A stretch of DNA of 63,927 bases, filler included, from Basidiobolus ranarum (Eukaryota): assembly GCA_040143965.1 (NCBI GenBank). It is 36 parts of 36 records of this genome, joined end to end, with 100 filler letters (N's around TTAATTAATTAA, not from the genome) between each part and the next. Parts side by side here need not be neighbours in the genome. Positions count along the whole stretch, not along the records: positions 23,197 to 24,876 come from JASJQH010004565.1; positions 24,977 to 26,656 come from JASJQH010004566.1; positions 26,757 to 28,435 come from JASJQH010004567.1; positions 28,536 to 30,214 come from JASJQH010004568.1; positions 30,315 to 31,993 come from JASJQH010004569.1; positions 32,094 to 33,771 come from JASJQH010004570.1; positions 33,872 to 35,548 come from JASJQH010004571.1; positions 35,649 to 37,325 come from JASJQH010004572.1; 28 more parts are not named here. One strand, given 5' to 3'. Shown in pieces: positions 24,434-37,425 of this stretch (its first letter is position 1; each line of letters starts with the position of its first letter). Under the pieces are notes generated by a model. That model did not search any database, was not told where the DNA came from, and worked only from the letters and a program-made list of their open reading frames with translations. A program made the translations under genes and the position numbers.

Positions 24434-24683
24434 CGATGGTTACTTTAGATCTTACCACCAAGATATACCAAACCCGTTATACACAAGTCTCCATTCACTT
24501 GTATTGAAATAGGCCACGAATAAATGCATGATCTTGAATCATATTTAGCCACATCAGCATACCTAATTAGCGAAATCAACTTCTCATAAATCCACAATAT
24601 AGCTTACCAATAGCATCATCAAAATAAGTATAAAGTCAGAGGGAAAGTTAATGTGTCAAGAGTTTCATAAAGAAAAAATTAAG

Positions 24684-24755
24684 TGAGGAGTGTGGGATTT
24701 GAACACACAACCTTTCGCTCTGGAGGCGAACGCGCTACCGTTGCGCCAACCCCCC
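24684..24755 (-). tRNA. tRNA-Trp(CCA)
   Basis: GGGGGGTTGGCGCAACGGTAGCGCGTTCGCCT-CCA-GAGCGAAAGGTTGTGTGTTCAAATCCCACACTCCTCA; one T-stem mismatch. Confidence 0.88.
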
Positions 24756-24976
24756 ACTTTCATAAGGAGGTAGCTTGCTGCTAAATTCATATCTCAATCT
24801 AGTAGTATCATTGATGTTATAGAGAATGTGAAAATTTATATCGAACCTATTGAAGGCCTGGCAGGGTAATTTCCATNNNNNNNNNNNNNNNNNNNNNNNN
24901 NNNNNNNNNNNNNNNNNNNNTTAATTAATTAANNNNNNNNNNNNNNNNNNNNNNNNNNNNNNNNNNNNNNNNNNNN

Positions 24977-26570
24977 GATTTGGAAGTGTTTTGGACAAAA
25001 TGGAGATTTGAAATTACAACCTCAGGTATGTTGAATAGAACATGTCCCACTTATAGTGACATGAAATTGGATTATTGTGCAAGTTTAGATATTATTAAAG
25101 ATGCCTAATAAGCATGGGTGAAGATTTGATACAAGTTGGAAGAGTTTTGAGAAAATAGTGAAAATTGCTAAAATTGATCTATATAGTATCTCTGTCAATT
25201 AGAGCTATAAGCACACATATTTTAATGTCCCAATTGAGTGCTGAATAATCAGAATATGAGTAATCCAGCTACTAAATAAGAAGTTGCTATTTTTCTAATT
25301 TCAACATTTCCACTCAACCAATTATTTTGCACTTCTCTTCAATCTAGCTCATATTTTATTTTCAAGTTGTGCTTTTGCTAGAGACTTGATTGTGGTGTCA
25401 GCAATCTTTTCTTCAGTAGGGCAAAAGAGAAGTTCAACTATATACTTCTCTATGGCTTCTCAGACTAAATGATGGCTAATAACTTTGAACTGTATTTTGC
25501 ACAAAATGAAGAGTTTTTAACTAACAAAATGCAAATGTAATTTTCTTTAAATACAGTAGTATCATCTTTTACATATATCCTAAGTTTGTAAACAACTTCC
25601 TCAACCATACAGCTTCTTGTGTACTAGAAGAGCCATCTATTTATTCTGTGTTGGTAGGGAAGGTGCAGTGGTAGATTGCTTCTTACCAGAGTGTCAAAGT
25701 TTTTCAGAACTAGATATATGGTTCATCCTAAATACATTAATATTTGATTTCCTTTCCATTTTTAGATCAGATCCAGCATTTTTGAAGTATTGGCTGACAG
25801 TTTCCTTTGCCACAGCAAGGTCAGGACATGATTCAACCATTCTTTACATTAAACCTCCTGCCATGGATTAAAAAGGGCACTCCTGGCTTTATGTTGAGTA
25901 ACATTGGCCTAAATTGGATGACATTTTTACTACTTTCACATTGGGATCAATTGGTGTTGATACTGGCTGCTATTCTTGATGTTAATTCATCCCAGGATAC
26001 CCAGGATGTACCTACACAGATTGTGTATGATTTTCTGATTGGTTTTATCTATCTTGATTTAGATTCCAATAAAATAATTAATACATCCAATTCAGTCATC
26101 TGAAATTAGTTTGATAAGCTGATTTTGAGTCTGGGAATAACCTTATGCCTTTAATCTTGCTTTGTACCTTTCTATGATTTCATAAGCTTGTCTTTACTTG
26201 GTAGACCCATTTGCAACTTATTGGCTCTTCCCCTGGTGGTAGAGGACTTAGCTCATGTTTTATTTTTCAGAAGTGAAAAAAATGCTTCAACATTGCTTTT
26301 TCCTGTTATGTTAAATCTGGACATTTCAGAGCTTGATTGCAAGTGTGTAAGTTGTCATATATTGATGCATAGCATAGACACAGTCCTAGGAAGTGTTTAT
26401 CAGTTGTCTGGCTTATATCTCTTTCTGGATGATCTTCCAGGCCTTGAATCATCATCTGTTAAAGTTAGGCTTTGATTTTGGTTAAGTCAGGCACTAATTG
26501 TGCTAGAATTTTGTTGGACACCTCTTGAAGAGAACTGATGTAGTTTCAATGTCAATTGATTCATAATGTT
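24977..26570 (-). mobile_element. Highly decayed Copia RT-RNase H plus PPT and 3' LTR (LTR-E begins at 25306)
   Basis: Minus strand PPGEEPISCKWVYQVK..ERYKARL..GYSQ; PPT GTTGAGTGGAAA then TGTTGAAATTAGAAAAATAG. Confidence 0.7.
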
Positions 26571-26904
26571 TTCGCCTTGACTCACGGCCTGCTTCACCCT
26601 CTAGCTTCACTTCCAACTCTCTCTACTGCCAATGCTTTTTTTCTCGCACGCAGAATNNNNNNNNNNNNNNNNNNNNNNNNNNNNNNNNNNNNNNNNNNNN
26701 TTAATTAATTAANNNNNNNNNNNNNNNNNNNNNNNNNNNNNNNNNNNNNNNNNNNNAATGCCAGTTATCAATAAAGATTCTTGCCAAAGTATCTTCCTTG
26801 TCCAGTCTTGTCTTGTCTTGTCTTGTGGTCTACACCCAAGTACTCTCCTGCCTTCTAGCCTCTTGTTTTTGTTCCCAGTCCTTGTCCAGTTCCTTATTGT
26901 GACA

Positions 26905-28435
26905 CCTGTAGGTCTTAGTTTATGTATAAGAACCAAAAAATATGCACTTCTTACTTTTTGGATCAAATTTAGACCTATTTTTGGTCATAATTTAGATATG
27001 TGCAATGCATCCAAAGATTCTCAAATGTTCTACATCAAGTTTAGCTACAAACTAAACTTGATATGGTGTAGAGTTAGATAGACTTCTGCTCAAAGTCCTA
27101 CTCTTCAGATATACAGCTGTAGCATCAGATTCCACTCAAAAATTATGAGATACATTTTATGCATTTATCATAGATCTTGCCATTTCTATTATGGTCCTGT
27201 TATCTCTTTCAGCAACTCCAATTTGTTGAGGCAAAAGTGAATAAATAGTGCAGAAGTGTATTCTCCACCATAATCATTATTTTAGTTCCAGTTTCAGTCA
27301 CCACATGTATTTTAAAATCTCCAAAGATAGAGAGAGCTTCTGTTGAAATTAGCATTGCCTAAACACCTACATAGTCTTATATAATTTAGTACTTAGTTAT
27401 CTGATAACTTGCTGAGATATGATCAATTATTCTCAATAGGAATTTACTTAAAATATTTTTACCAACTTAGAAATTCTCAGATATATAGATTTTTCAAACT
27501 TGTGCTTGAAGCCCCAAACTTTGCGTACATGTTCCTGGGACCTTTCCTAACATATTCTACACATTAGTCTGTTTACATCTTGACAAAACTATAAATGTCT
27601 ACTTTCTACTCAATAAATCAATAAGTGAAAACTACCAATTCCGCTAATTCTCCAAACCACCTCCAACAGGCTCCCAAATACTATAACCGCTTTTTCATTT
27701 TGTTCCATAAAGTAGACCCAAGTATATCCTGTATATTCATCAATAAATATGATTAAATATCTTGTTCCACCTAAAGATAAATTTTGCACAGGTCTACACA
27801 AATCTGAATGAATTAGATCCAATTTTTGACAGATTTGAATAAACCAGAGCTCTTGAATGGTTGCCAACCTTGTTTTCCATATATACACCTCACAAATTTC
27901 AATTTTGGCTGGGGGTTAATTTTGATTGTAGAAATTAGGCAATTCTTGATCATTTGGCTCAAATAATGAAATCCAATATGGCCAAATCTTGTATGCCATA
28001 GTGCAATAGTTACTTGATTGGAATAACGTATATTAACATTTAAACCTCTTGGAATATATGTAAGGTTGTATAAGTTCTGATCCTTTTCTCCCAAAGCTAA
28101 ATAATTCCCATTTTGATCAGTGATGGTTCATCCTGACTTATCAAAATTGAATTTTAGCCCTTCAGAGGTGGTCTTGCATACAGATATTGAATTCTTGGAA
28201 ATATCTCAAACATGTAGCATATCCTTAAAAGTATACACTTTCTCTTCAGAAGCTGCAGTTAAATTGACTTGAATTTTTCCCATTTAAATAGCATCCAATG
28301 TGCAGTCATCTCCCAAGAAAACCTTTCTAATTGGGATTTCTTCATAATCCAAAAACCAATATTTTTCATTTGTGAAATGTTGGGAGACTCCAGAATCAAT
28401 ACACCATGTCTGAAAATCCTTATTGATAGTCATAG
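26905..28435 (-). pseudogene. Copia protease-integrase remnant (LTR-B family)
   Basis: WHTRFGHIGF, HSDLCRP, FIDEYT; near-identical to 38300-39101. Confidence 0.88.
27341..27688 (+). repeat. Solo Copia LTR-B (348 bp) with 5-bp TSD GCTTC/GCTTT
   Basis: TGTTGAAATTAGC...ATACTATAACC. Other copies at 21145, 37426, 45871, 52549(-), 55170(-), 56618, 60486. Confidence 0.9.
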
Positions 28436-28535
28436 NNNNNNNNNNNNNNNNNNNNNNNNNNNNNNNNNNNNNNNNNNNNTTAATTAATTAANNNNNNNNN
28501 NNNNNNNNNNNNNNNNNNNNNNNNNNNNNNNNNNN

Positions 28536-30214
28536 AGCCTTAGCTATGTTCAGGCACTACAAAGCAATGGTAGAGAAAAAATCTGCACAGAAGACAAGTG
28601 TACCAAGGAGTGATAATGGTGGAGAATACTGCTCTAAGTACTTGGCTGGTTTTTGTTCTAAACATGGAATTAAGCAACAAACTACTGTACCTTATACTCC
28701 ACACCAAAAATGGAGTGGCAGAACATTGGAATATGACCATTGGGGAGAAAGCAACATCAATGTTATATGATCAAAAGTTAGATCACCAATATTGTTCTGA
28801 ATCTGTCTCCACTGCAGTCTAAATCAAAAACTGACACGCAACAAAATTGCTAACAAGTTCTACTCCATTTGAAGCCCTATATGGATCAAAACCCAGTGCA
28901 GATTGTCTCAGAGACTTTGGTTGCACAGCATGTTGCCTAATTCCAGCTCAAAAATGCTCTAAATTGAAATCCAAATCAGAAAATGCATTTTCCTCGGTTA
29001 CTGTGATTGATCAATGGCCTGCAGACTGTTTGATACAGAAAATCAGAAGTGAATCAAATGCAGAGATATGCTTTTTGATGGAAAAACAAATGTTTCATCT
29101 CAAACCAGAGTTCATGATTGAGAAAACAAATCAGCACTGTTCAGGAAGTGTCTGACAGAATTCCAGCTGTATCTGAGCCCTATTGAACCAAAATTCTAGT
29201 CCCAATTTCATCAGAGGATGATTCAGGACCTAGAAGCTCATCCACAAGGAGAAATAAGCCAGGAAACTGGTGGAATACTTCCAATGATGATATATATGTT
29301 TATGCAGCATTCTGTGGCTAGCCACAGACTCTAGATCAAGCTCTGGAGTGTCCAGAATGCAAATTAGGGGAAAAAGGAACATCTCATAAGTTTTATTCAC
29401 TTCCAGACAACAACACGTGGTCTTGAGTCCTCTTCCATCAGGGAGAAGGCCAATAAGGGGCAAATGGGTCAACAAAGTAAAAAAACCAGCCGATTGAACC
29501 ATCAAAAAGCACAAATCAAGATTAGTTGCAAAAGGCTATTCCCAGACTCCAGGAGTTGATTTTACTGAAACCTTGCTCTAGTAGCCAAGTTTAGCTTCAC
29601 TAGATTAATCATGGTGCTTGCAGCTGTCCATTACCTTGATCTACATCAAATGGATATAAAAGCAGCCTTAGTGAAAGGAAATCTAGAAGAAGGGATCAAT
29701 ATGAAGCACCAAATGCATTTGCTGAGCCAAAATATCCTGATATGGTCTGTAAACTGCAAAATTGCTAAATGGACTCAAGCAATGGCTTGGTACGATAAGT
29801 TGGATACCTATTTGGAATCACTGCAGCTCTAAAAATGCATAGCAAATGACAGTATTTACATCAAAACAACCAGAAATAGAATCCTTATCATGGCACTATA
29901 TGTGGGTGACTCAATCATAGCCACAGATGTTCCAGAAGCACTTAATCACCTAACAAGCAGCTTGTCAAACCAATTTTAGATGACTGATATAGGTGAATTA
30001 AGATATTTTCTTGGAATACAAAAGAAGAGAGATAAACCCAATCAGAAAGTCATACAGAATCAGTCTAGAGACATCCTAGACATCCTGAAATGCTTCAATA
30101 TGGGGAATACCAAGCCTGTATCCACATCAATGGTTCCAAATGAGAAATTAATCAAAATTTCATCCAATTTGGCCCAAAGTGACTCAAATCAATGCCAAGA
30201 GTCCCCTTATCAGT
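28536..30214 (+). pseudogene. Copia integrase-RT remnant
   Basis: RSDNGGEY, TVPYTP.Q.NGVAE, HQMDIKAA, MTDIGELRYFLGI. Confidence 0.9.
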
Positions 30215-30374
30215 NNNNNNNNNNNNNNNNNNNNNNNNNNNNNNNNNNNNNNNNNNNNTTAATTAATTAANNNNNNNNNNNNNNNNNNNNNNNNNNNNNN
30301 NNNNNNNNNNNNNNCAAAACCCTTAGGATATTGCAGTTATAGTTGCTGCATACACCCTAAAACAACTACAATGT

Positions 30375-31993
30375 ACTAAATCAATAGTTGAGCAAAGTTC
30401 AACCAAAACACCATCAAGACCATCAACTTCCAAAATGGCTACTTTGCCCACTGTTGAACAACCCTCTGTAGAAAATTTGGATAGAATTATTACAACAAGG
30501 GAATCACAGGCATAACACCATAATGATGTGTATGCAATCATAAATAAAAACTATAAAGTTGCTATACAGGCCATGACAAGCAATAACACCGTAATATTGC
30601 AATTAATGCAGTGTTTGGAAGCAACTGGTCAACAGTTAGAGAGTCACTCAACAATGCTACTAGACCTTCATAATGCTGTACTTGAGCTACAGCAACATGC
30701 TGCTCCCTCCGTCCCTTCTCATATGGGATTTCAATCAATCCCACACCATACATATGAATGTCACCATGACAATCCAGCAGAGCAGAATATGTGTTGGATC
30801 ATTAAGCCTACACAACAACCCAAAATTGCTTGGGCACATGAAAGTAGAAGTCTCATAGGAAAACCGGCAAACCAAAAGATTATAAATATCAGAGCTGCCA
30901 TCACTTGCTCTGATGATGAGTGGTTTAACATTTTGGAAACTGTGTAGAATCTTGCCCAAAATCACTAGGATTTGAGTCAATTGTGGAAAAACCAAAAACC
31001 AGGCATTACTCTGAGGGTTCTTGACTTATTTCATGTGGCTTATCCTGAATTTGTGCAAGCAAATGGCAATGGGGCTAGCATAGGCCTATTCATGAAACAT
31101 CTCAACAATGTACACAATTATTGACTTGGAAAAGAAAGAAAAGCAGCTAAAGAAGTACTGAAGGAGCAAGAAATTGCTTAGAAACAGCTTATACTAATCC
31201 AAAATTGCCATGCAATACTGGAAATATCTTGTCAATCCCCTGATGACTCATGTGTGACACCGTCTCAGAATCAGCTGATGATATTAATGGGCTATACCTA
31301 AAATACCACCCTTATGTGAGAGGTGTTCTTTTTTCTACAATATCCTTCTCATGCTGCAACACAAACATTTAAAGAAGCCCTGCTATTATTGTTGCAAATT
31401 CTTGTGCTATGAAAGCTGGAGGCTTCATAGAAAATATAATCACTAGCACGGTCACTGTACAAAGCCACCAGCTGCACAAAGCCTGGTGTATAACAACAGT
31501 AATAAGTGCACTAAATCAACTTTAGTTTTGCCTATTGAGTCCACTGACTGTAGTTTGCCTCAAAGTTTTGGTAACACTGCTAAAAGTCAAGATACCATGG
31601 AGTTACCACAGTTATATGACCAGAATGATGTAGGTCAAAATGCAACTTTGGTTGAACCAGTAAGTCCAGACAACTTTGAGGACATGCTGCTAGATGTTCA
31701 CCTTGGTTATTTCAGTACTGATGGTAATATATCAGAAGTTGAAGAAGAAGACAACAGTTTTGTTGCAGGCTCTTTGTTATCAGCAAACATTAGTCTACTC
31801 ATAACACTTACAGTAAAGGAAGCAGCTTTGATTATTGAGGAGTGGAGAGTTCAATCCAATCTTAGCAACCAGGTGTTTATTAGTTTTCTTACACTTTTAC
31901 CACAGTTGATTGGCAACTGTTGCTTGCCACAGACCTGGTACAAGTGGAAAACACTTGTCAATTGTATGACTTATAATCCTTCAGTAATTAAAC
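30375..31993 (+). mobile_element. Rearranged CACTA-type copy: ORF2 fragment (+) followed by transposase 5' part (+)
   Basis: MATLPTVE...WAHESR...CSDDEWFNILET, then ORF 31486 transposase N-terminus. Confidence 0.8.
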
Positions 31994-32395
31994 NNNNNNN
32001 NNNNNNNNNNNNNNNNNNNNNNNNNNNNNNNNNNNNNTTAATTAATTAANNNNNNNNNNNNNNNNNNNNNNNNNNNNNNNNNNNNNNNNNNNNTTATAAT
32101 GATCAATTATTGTTACAGGCTGCTAATCTCCGTTCATTATGGATATGGACAAAGGAATGAATCTCGAACAGGTCATGGTGGGATATGGCTCACTTGAACG
32201 TTGCTTATTGTATCAGAGGGTTTGCGCAATTCAAGCTTACATCAAGTATGGCGTTATATTTTGAGTCAGTATCCTGGGTACTCTATGGGAATTATATCAT
32301 GGTGTGTAATGGCGAATTTAGCCCTTGGAGAATAAATACCAAAGGAAATTACCAATACACTCAACAATCCTTTTCCCTTTCTTATTTTTAACAGT

Positions 32396-32581
32396 ATGAA
32401 ATTCTCTGCCGTTGCCGCTCTCCTCGCCACTGTTACAGTGCTTGCAGTATTTGTCAATGCCACCCCTGTCGCAATGGAGGTCAAAGATACAATCGATGAT
32501 AAAGTAGGTACTCTCGGTTGCTGCCACAGATATGGATGTGGACCCAAAGGAGACCGTTGTTGTTACTTCGGAGGATGCTAA
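32396..32581 (+). CDS. Small secreted cysteine-rich prepropeptide (61 aa, 6 Cys)
   Basis: Classic signal peptide MKFSAVAALLATVTVLAVFVNA|TP, acidic pro-segment, C-terminal GCCHRYGCGPKGDRCCYFGGC; CpG-normal unique DNA. Confidence 0.82.
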   Translation: MKFSAVAALLATVTVLAVFVNATPVAMEVKDTIDDKVGTLGCCHRYGCGPKGDRCCYFGGC

Positions 32582-33871
32582 GTAACGAATGATAAAGAAA
32601 GTAACGAAATACTGTGAAGTGTAATGAATTGAACTAAATGTATTCCCAACTTTGAATAAATCTATGAAAAACAATCTATAGTTCCAATAATTAAGTTGAA
32701 TGAAGTGATAATACATTACCTAATACTGGGGTCTAGTAGTTTGATAAATTTTCAAATTACTGTCAAAAGATTTGAGAATGGTTATGTAATCCTAGTTAAC
32801 GTTGCACAAACCAGCAACGCTGATCCTCACTTAATGCAGTATTGTTGAGCTACAAGACATGCAATTTAAATTTCGTAATATCGTGCAAAGTGGCACAAAG
32901 TAAAGCCTGAGAGTATGGCAAAAGAAGAGTAACCATGTATATGTGTAGAAATATAACAAAAAACGTTTCTTTCTGATCTTGTTGAATTGGTAGCTCGTAT
33001 ACCTGTTTAGTACTTGTACTTGATGTGGCTTTCTTGCCCAGGCATAGTAATCTACCCAGGTTAGGAATGGATATTCTTATTGAGTGTGACATTGTGGGTT
33101 TCTGAATACATTTATTAGCCATCTCATGAATAACCTATCAGATATAGCAAGCTAGAATCGTTTAATGGATTTGGATTGATCTCAGAGTGTGGGAATAGAT
33201 TCACTTTTATACTAAGGTACGTGACCATTTTAGAGCAGACTAATAATAGAGTGTGGTTCGATACATGTTTGACTTAGACTGTAACCGCTGCTCAAATCAT
33301 AGATCTAGTCACCAAAGTTTGCCATTAATTCAGCTTCATCTTGGAATGTGGTATTCTGTACTATATGATCGTTTAATAACTATTCGAAGTCTATCAAAGA
33401 CTGGAACACTAATCTGTCATGTAAAGGCCGGAAGAAAGCGTCGTGAAAGCGTTGATACGGGGTATATATTGAATTTTAGTATCAGCAGTAGCCAAATTCT
33501 AATGGATTAATGGAGGTACATTGCACAACATTTACAGTAACTCTCCATCGCACTAGATATCCTGGAGTTTTAGGTTGTCAAGCAGCCAGTGATTTGTAGT
33601 AATCCCATTGTCGTGGAATACCGCTTGAAATCCCATCTTGAGCTTCAGTGCTAGTACGGACAGGGTCATAGTCCTCGTGAACCATACCAGAGACATCAAC
33701 ATCCAGGAACCAACTGTTATAAGCATTACGTGTTTTCTCTTGAACCTCTTTCACACATTCCCGAAATATTTNNNNNNNNNNNNNNNNNNNNNNNNNNNNN
33801 NNNNNNNNNNNNNNNTTAATTAATTAANNNNNNNNNNNNNNNNNNNNNNNNNNNNNNNNNNNNNNNNNNNN

Positions 33872-35548
33872 ATGGAATTGCTAATTCTCACATTATTCAT
33901 ATATATATATAATATATGATCAGATTTTCAGCTAAGTGATATTTGACTAAGTAATGTTAACTAACTTATATGTGATATGTGAAATAGTTAGGTGTATAAA
34001 AGTAGAGATAATAAATATGATAAAGACAATAAACTTCAACAGGATCCACCCTCCAAAATAGCAAAACAGTCAGAGAACCATCACAATATTGTTGGCTTGC
34101 ATTCTGCCAGAGATTTTGATGGTGTGACAGTGGTTTCTTGACAGTATCTTAATGGTATTTGTACATGTTAAAATATTGATCCTCAAATTTGGCATGTGTT
34201 ATTCAATATCCAGCAATTTTTGCAAAAATACAATTTTTAAATGGCAGATTACTGGTTTACTGCTGTAGGAATTTGATATAATATGCATTCGTTTATTTAG
34301 ATATTTTAGGCTTTGTATTCCAGCCATAATGAGAATCAAAAAATACAAGAATCTTGTTGTGTTTAGTCTCTACCTATACACATACTTGACTGATTAGACA
34401 TAACTCAACAACATCAATATGCTTTGCCAGCACACTAATGGTGAAAAAATTGCTAAACATCTGAGATTTTGAATAGCACTGATACTTGGCAAATTGCAAA
34501 CTCTTGTTACCATTCATAATGAGAATAAGCTCTTTGATTTTAGCAAATTTCCATAAAGAATCCAGCCAATATATCCCCAACTTGCAGTCAACAAATGTCC
34601 TGCCACCAGTAGATGTTTCATAGCTCAAATAGATTACCCCATGCCTAAAATGAAAATACTGTGTATCTCCATCTATCTCACCAAGAAGTTTGTCTTGTAG
34701 CTTTCCTAAAAATACCATCAGATTATCACACAAGCAAATTAGTCCAATTATAAAGGTACTTACTCTGTGTCCATAGATTAGGCTTTGTTGCTGTTATTGT
34801 GCTCAAACAATGCAAAAACCCATGAGCACATTGAAAAGAGCCCTTTGTTGGCAGGTGAATATACTCTGGCATCTCCTTAACCCACTGCATTATATCCATC
34901 ACTGATTTTGCTGATACCTTGTTAATCAGATTAGGATACAGTAATACTGACAATTTCACACAGGGCATCATTTCACCACAGGTGTGCTCCATTGGGAACT
35001 CCCAGAATGTATAGCAAGGGCCTATAATCTCTAAGCATTGTGAAAGATGCAGGAGGGAATGTATTGAATACCATCATAGATTCAGTGTATCTTCTTTAAA
35101 CCTGTAATAAAGTTTTTCATATCCAATTACTAAATCTTTGCACAGTTGCTGTATCTGCCTGAGATCTGCCTATGTGAGTTGATGCCACAGGAATATATTA
35201 ATGATATTGACAAACAACTCCTAATGTTGCCAATACTAATCAGGCAGAAATCTTGTCAAAACTCCACTTGAATATATACAAATCCAATACTTCCAGTCTT
35301 TGCATTTGAATAAACGCCTAGATGAGTGGATATTGATGGGAGTCCGGGTAAAATATGATGGTATCTTGACATTTTCAAGCATTTTCCCAATTGATTCAAA
35401 CTTTGATCCTATCTCAAATGGCTCATTCATATTGAATTTTACCATATATTCCTGAGTAATTAGTATCCTAATGTTGTTGAATAGTAAGTGCATAGTGCCA
35501 AATGGGAAGCTCTGGCTCCAGCTGATCCCCTTTAGTAATATAATCTTA
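33872..35548 (-). mobile_element. CACTA-type transposase 3' half, right end interrupted by LTR-C (33872-34041)
   Basis: ORFs 35236-35493, 34726-34992, 34374-34733. Confidence 0.88.
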
Positions 35549-35648
35549 NNNNNNNNNNNNNNNNNNNNNNNNNNNNNNNNNNNNNNNNNNNNTTAATTAA
35601 TTAANNNNNNNNNNNNNNNNNNNNNNNNNNNNNNNNNNNNNNNNNNNN

Positions 35649-36122
35649 TTGCAGGATTTTCCATATATTTGCTTACTATGCTTACTGCTGTAGCAATATC
35701 GGGCCTAGTACCAGTTGTTGCATATATGAGACTTCCAACTGCACTATGGTAAGGAATATGTTTCAAGATTTCAATATCTTCAGAGGTCTTTGGTTCCATA
35801 TTCTTAGTGAGTTTCAGCATACATAGTGGATTTGAAGCTGTATTACATTCTGACATATTGAATCTGTTTAAAACATCTCCAATATATTTTTCTTGTGTAA
35901 TACAGAGTCTTCCAATATTGTAATTTTGATTTATCTCCATTCCAAGACAATATGCCAGTGATCCAAGATCTTGCATTTCAAACTTGGTAGATAGCCAGGT
36001 CTTAGTTTGTTTCATCAGATTTGAGCAATTACTAACTATTATCATATCATCAACATAGAGGGCAATTATGACTTTGGTGACTTTGATAGTCTTGAAGTAT
36101 ATGCAGTGTTCAGTTTTGCTAC
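35649..36122 (-). pseudogene. Copia reverse transcriptase remnant
   Basis: LYVDDM, FEMQDLG...LGMEI, PYHSAVGSLIYATTGTRPDIA. Confidence 0.92.
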
Positions 36123-37159
36123 ACCTAACAGAAATTTGAGGATTGTTATTGTAGTAAAACCATCACAATTTTAATCCATTTGGGATTGACCTTTTACTTA
36201 CCATCATAAAAACATCAAGTTAGATTTAATTTTAATCAATTTTTTCAGTTTCAGGAATGAAATTTCAAGACCTTACAAAATAGTTGCACATGGTTGGCTA
36301 CAATATCAGAGAACTATGGATCAACATATGTGCAAAAAACATGACTCAAATTTTACACATTTACCACTTGAACACTAATTTGTCACCTTTGAAATCCCTA
36401 GTTTCTTTGATATATTCTCCTGAATAATTTTATAGAGCTCTTCATACCCAAGGTTTAGCTCATATCCAACACAAGTTTTTATCAATATCTCCATCAAAGC
36501 CCACCATTGTATTAATATTACTGAATAAACATTCTTCCAGCTATCTGGTTGATACCCTGCAATATTGTGCCACTCTGTATTAAGTTCTTCCCAGTTATCT
36601 ATGGTCAAGACCAGACTGAATGTCAAGTTGAATGTTCTTCTTCTGAAGCCACATTCTGCATATTTGCACCCCATTTTTCCCTTCATACTTGTGAAAATAC
36701 TCCTTGAGCACTTCAAATATTTTTATACAGCCTTGTAGTGAGACACTACTAAGGGTGCTTTGCAGTGTTTGTGTGGCTTTTTGCTTGCCTTTAAGTTTGG
36801 GGCTAATTTCAACACTTCAAAAGTACCAGTTGAGGTTGGAGAGCTGTGAGTTTTATTTGCTGGTGTTTTGGCTTGTTGAGAGATGCCAGGTGTTGTATAA
36901 ACTTCTTTAATTTAGCACTCTTCCAACTGGTGTACCTGGTTCCATGGTGAAATTAAGCTTTTTTGCCAGTATATCTGACTCTGGAAATGCAGATTTTCAT
37001 AATGGTGTGAAGAACTTTGTAAGTGGGACAGTAGAGCCTAAGCTCACTAGCTCCTTTGCTTTTCCCTTGGGTTTACCAACTTCCTGCTCCTTCAGTACCT
37101 CTTTAGCTGCTTTTCTTTCTTTTCCAAGTCAATGATTGCATGTATTTTTGAGATGTTTC
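36123..37159 (-). mobile_element. CACTA-type left end plus ORF2 3' part
   Basis: CCTAACAGAAATTTGAGG terminus; colinear with 11009-12090. Confidence 0.85.
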
Positions 37160-37425
37160 TGTTGGAGGATCTTGAAATAATAGGGGTACTCTTTATTGGG
37201 AAAATATGGGCTGTTTGGAGGAACTTTAGAAAAGTGGAGTTGTCAATAGCTTTGTGAGATAATTATTTATTGTCCAGAATTAAAGCATTTATACTTTTTG
37301 GTGGAAATACAGAAAACTAACACTGNNNNNNNNNNNNNNNNNNNNNNNNNNNNNNNNNNNNNNNNNNNNTTAATTAATTAANNNNNNNNNNNNNNNNNNN
37401 NNNNNNNNNNNNNNNNNNNNNNNNN

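Noticed and set aside
32266-32716. Minus-strand ORFs overlapping the Cys-rich peptide
   Set aside because: Antisense shadows; the plus frame has the signal peptide. The same applies to shadow ORFs over CNT, GUT2 and the tRNA genes.
33580-33771. Open minus-strand frame (IFRECVKEVQEKTRNAYNSWFLD...) at the contig end
   Set aside because: May be a gene 3' end, but it has no start and no recognisable family.
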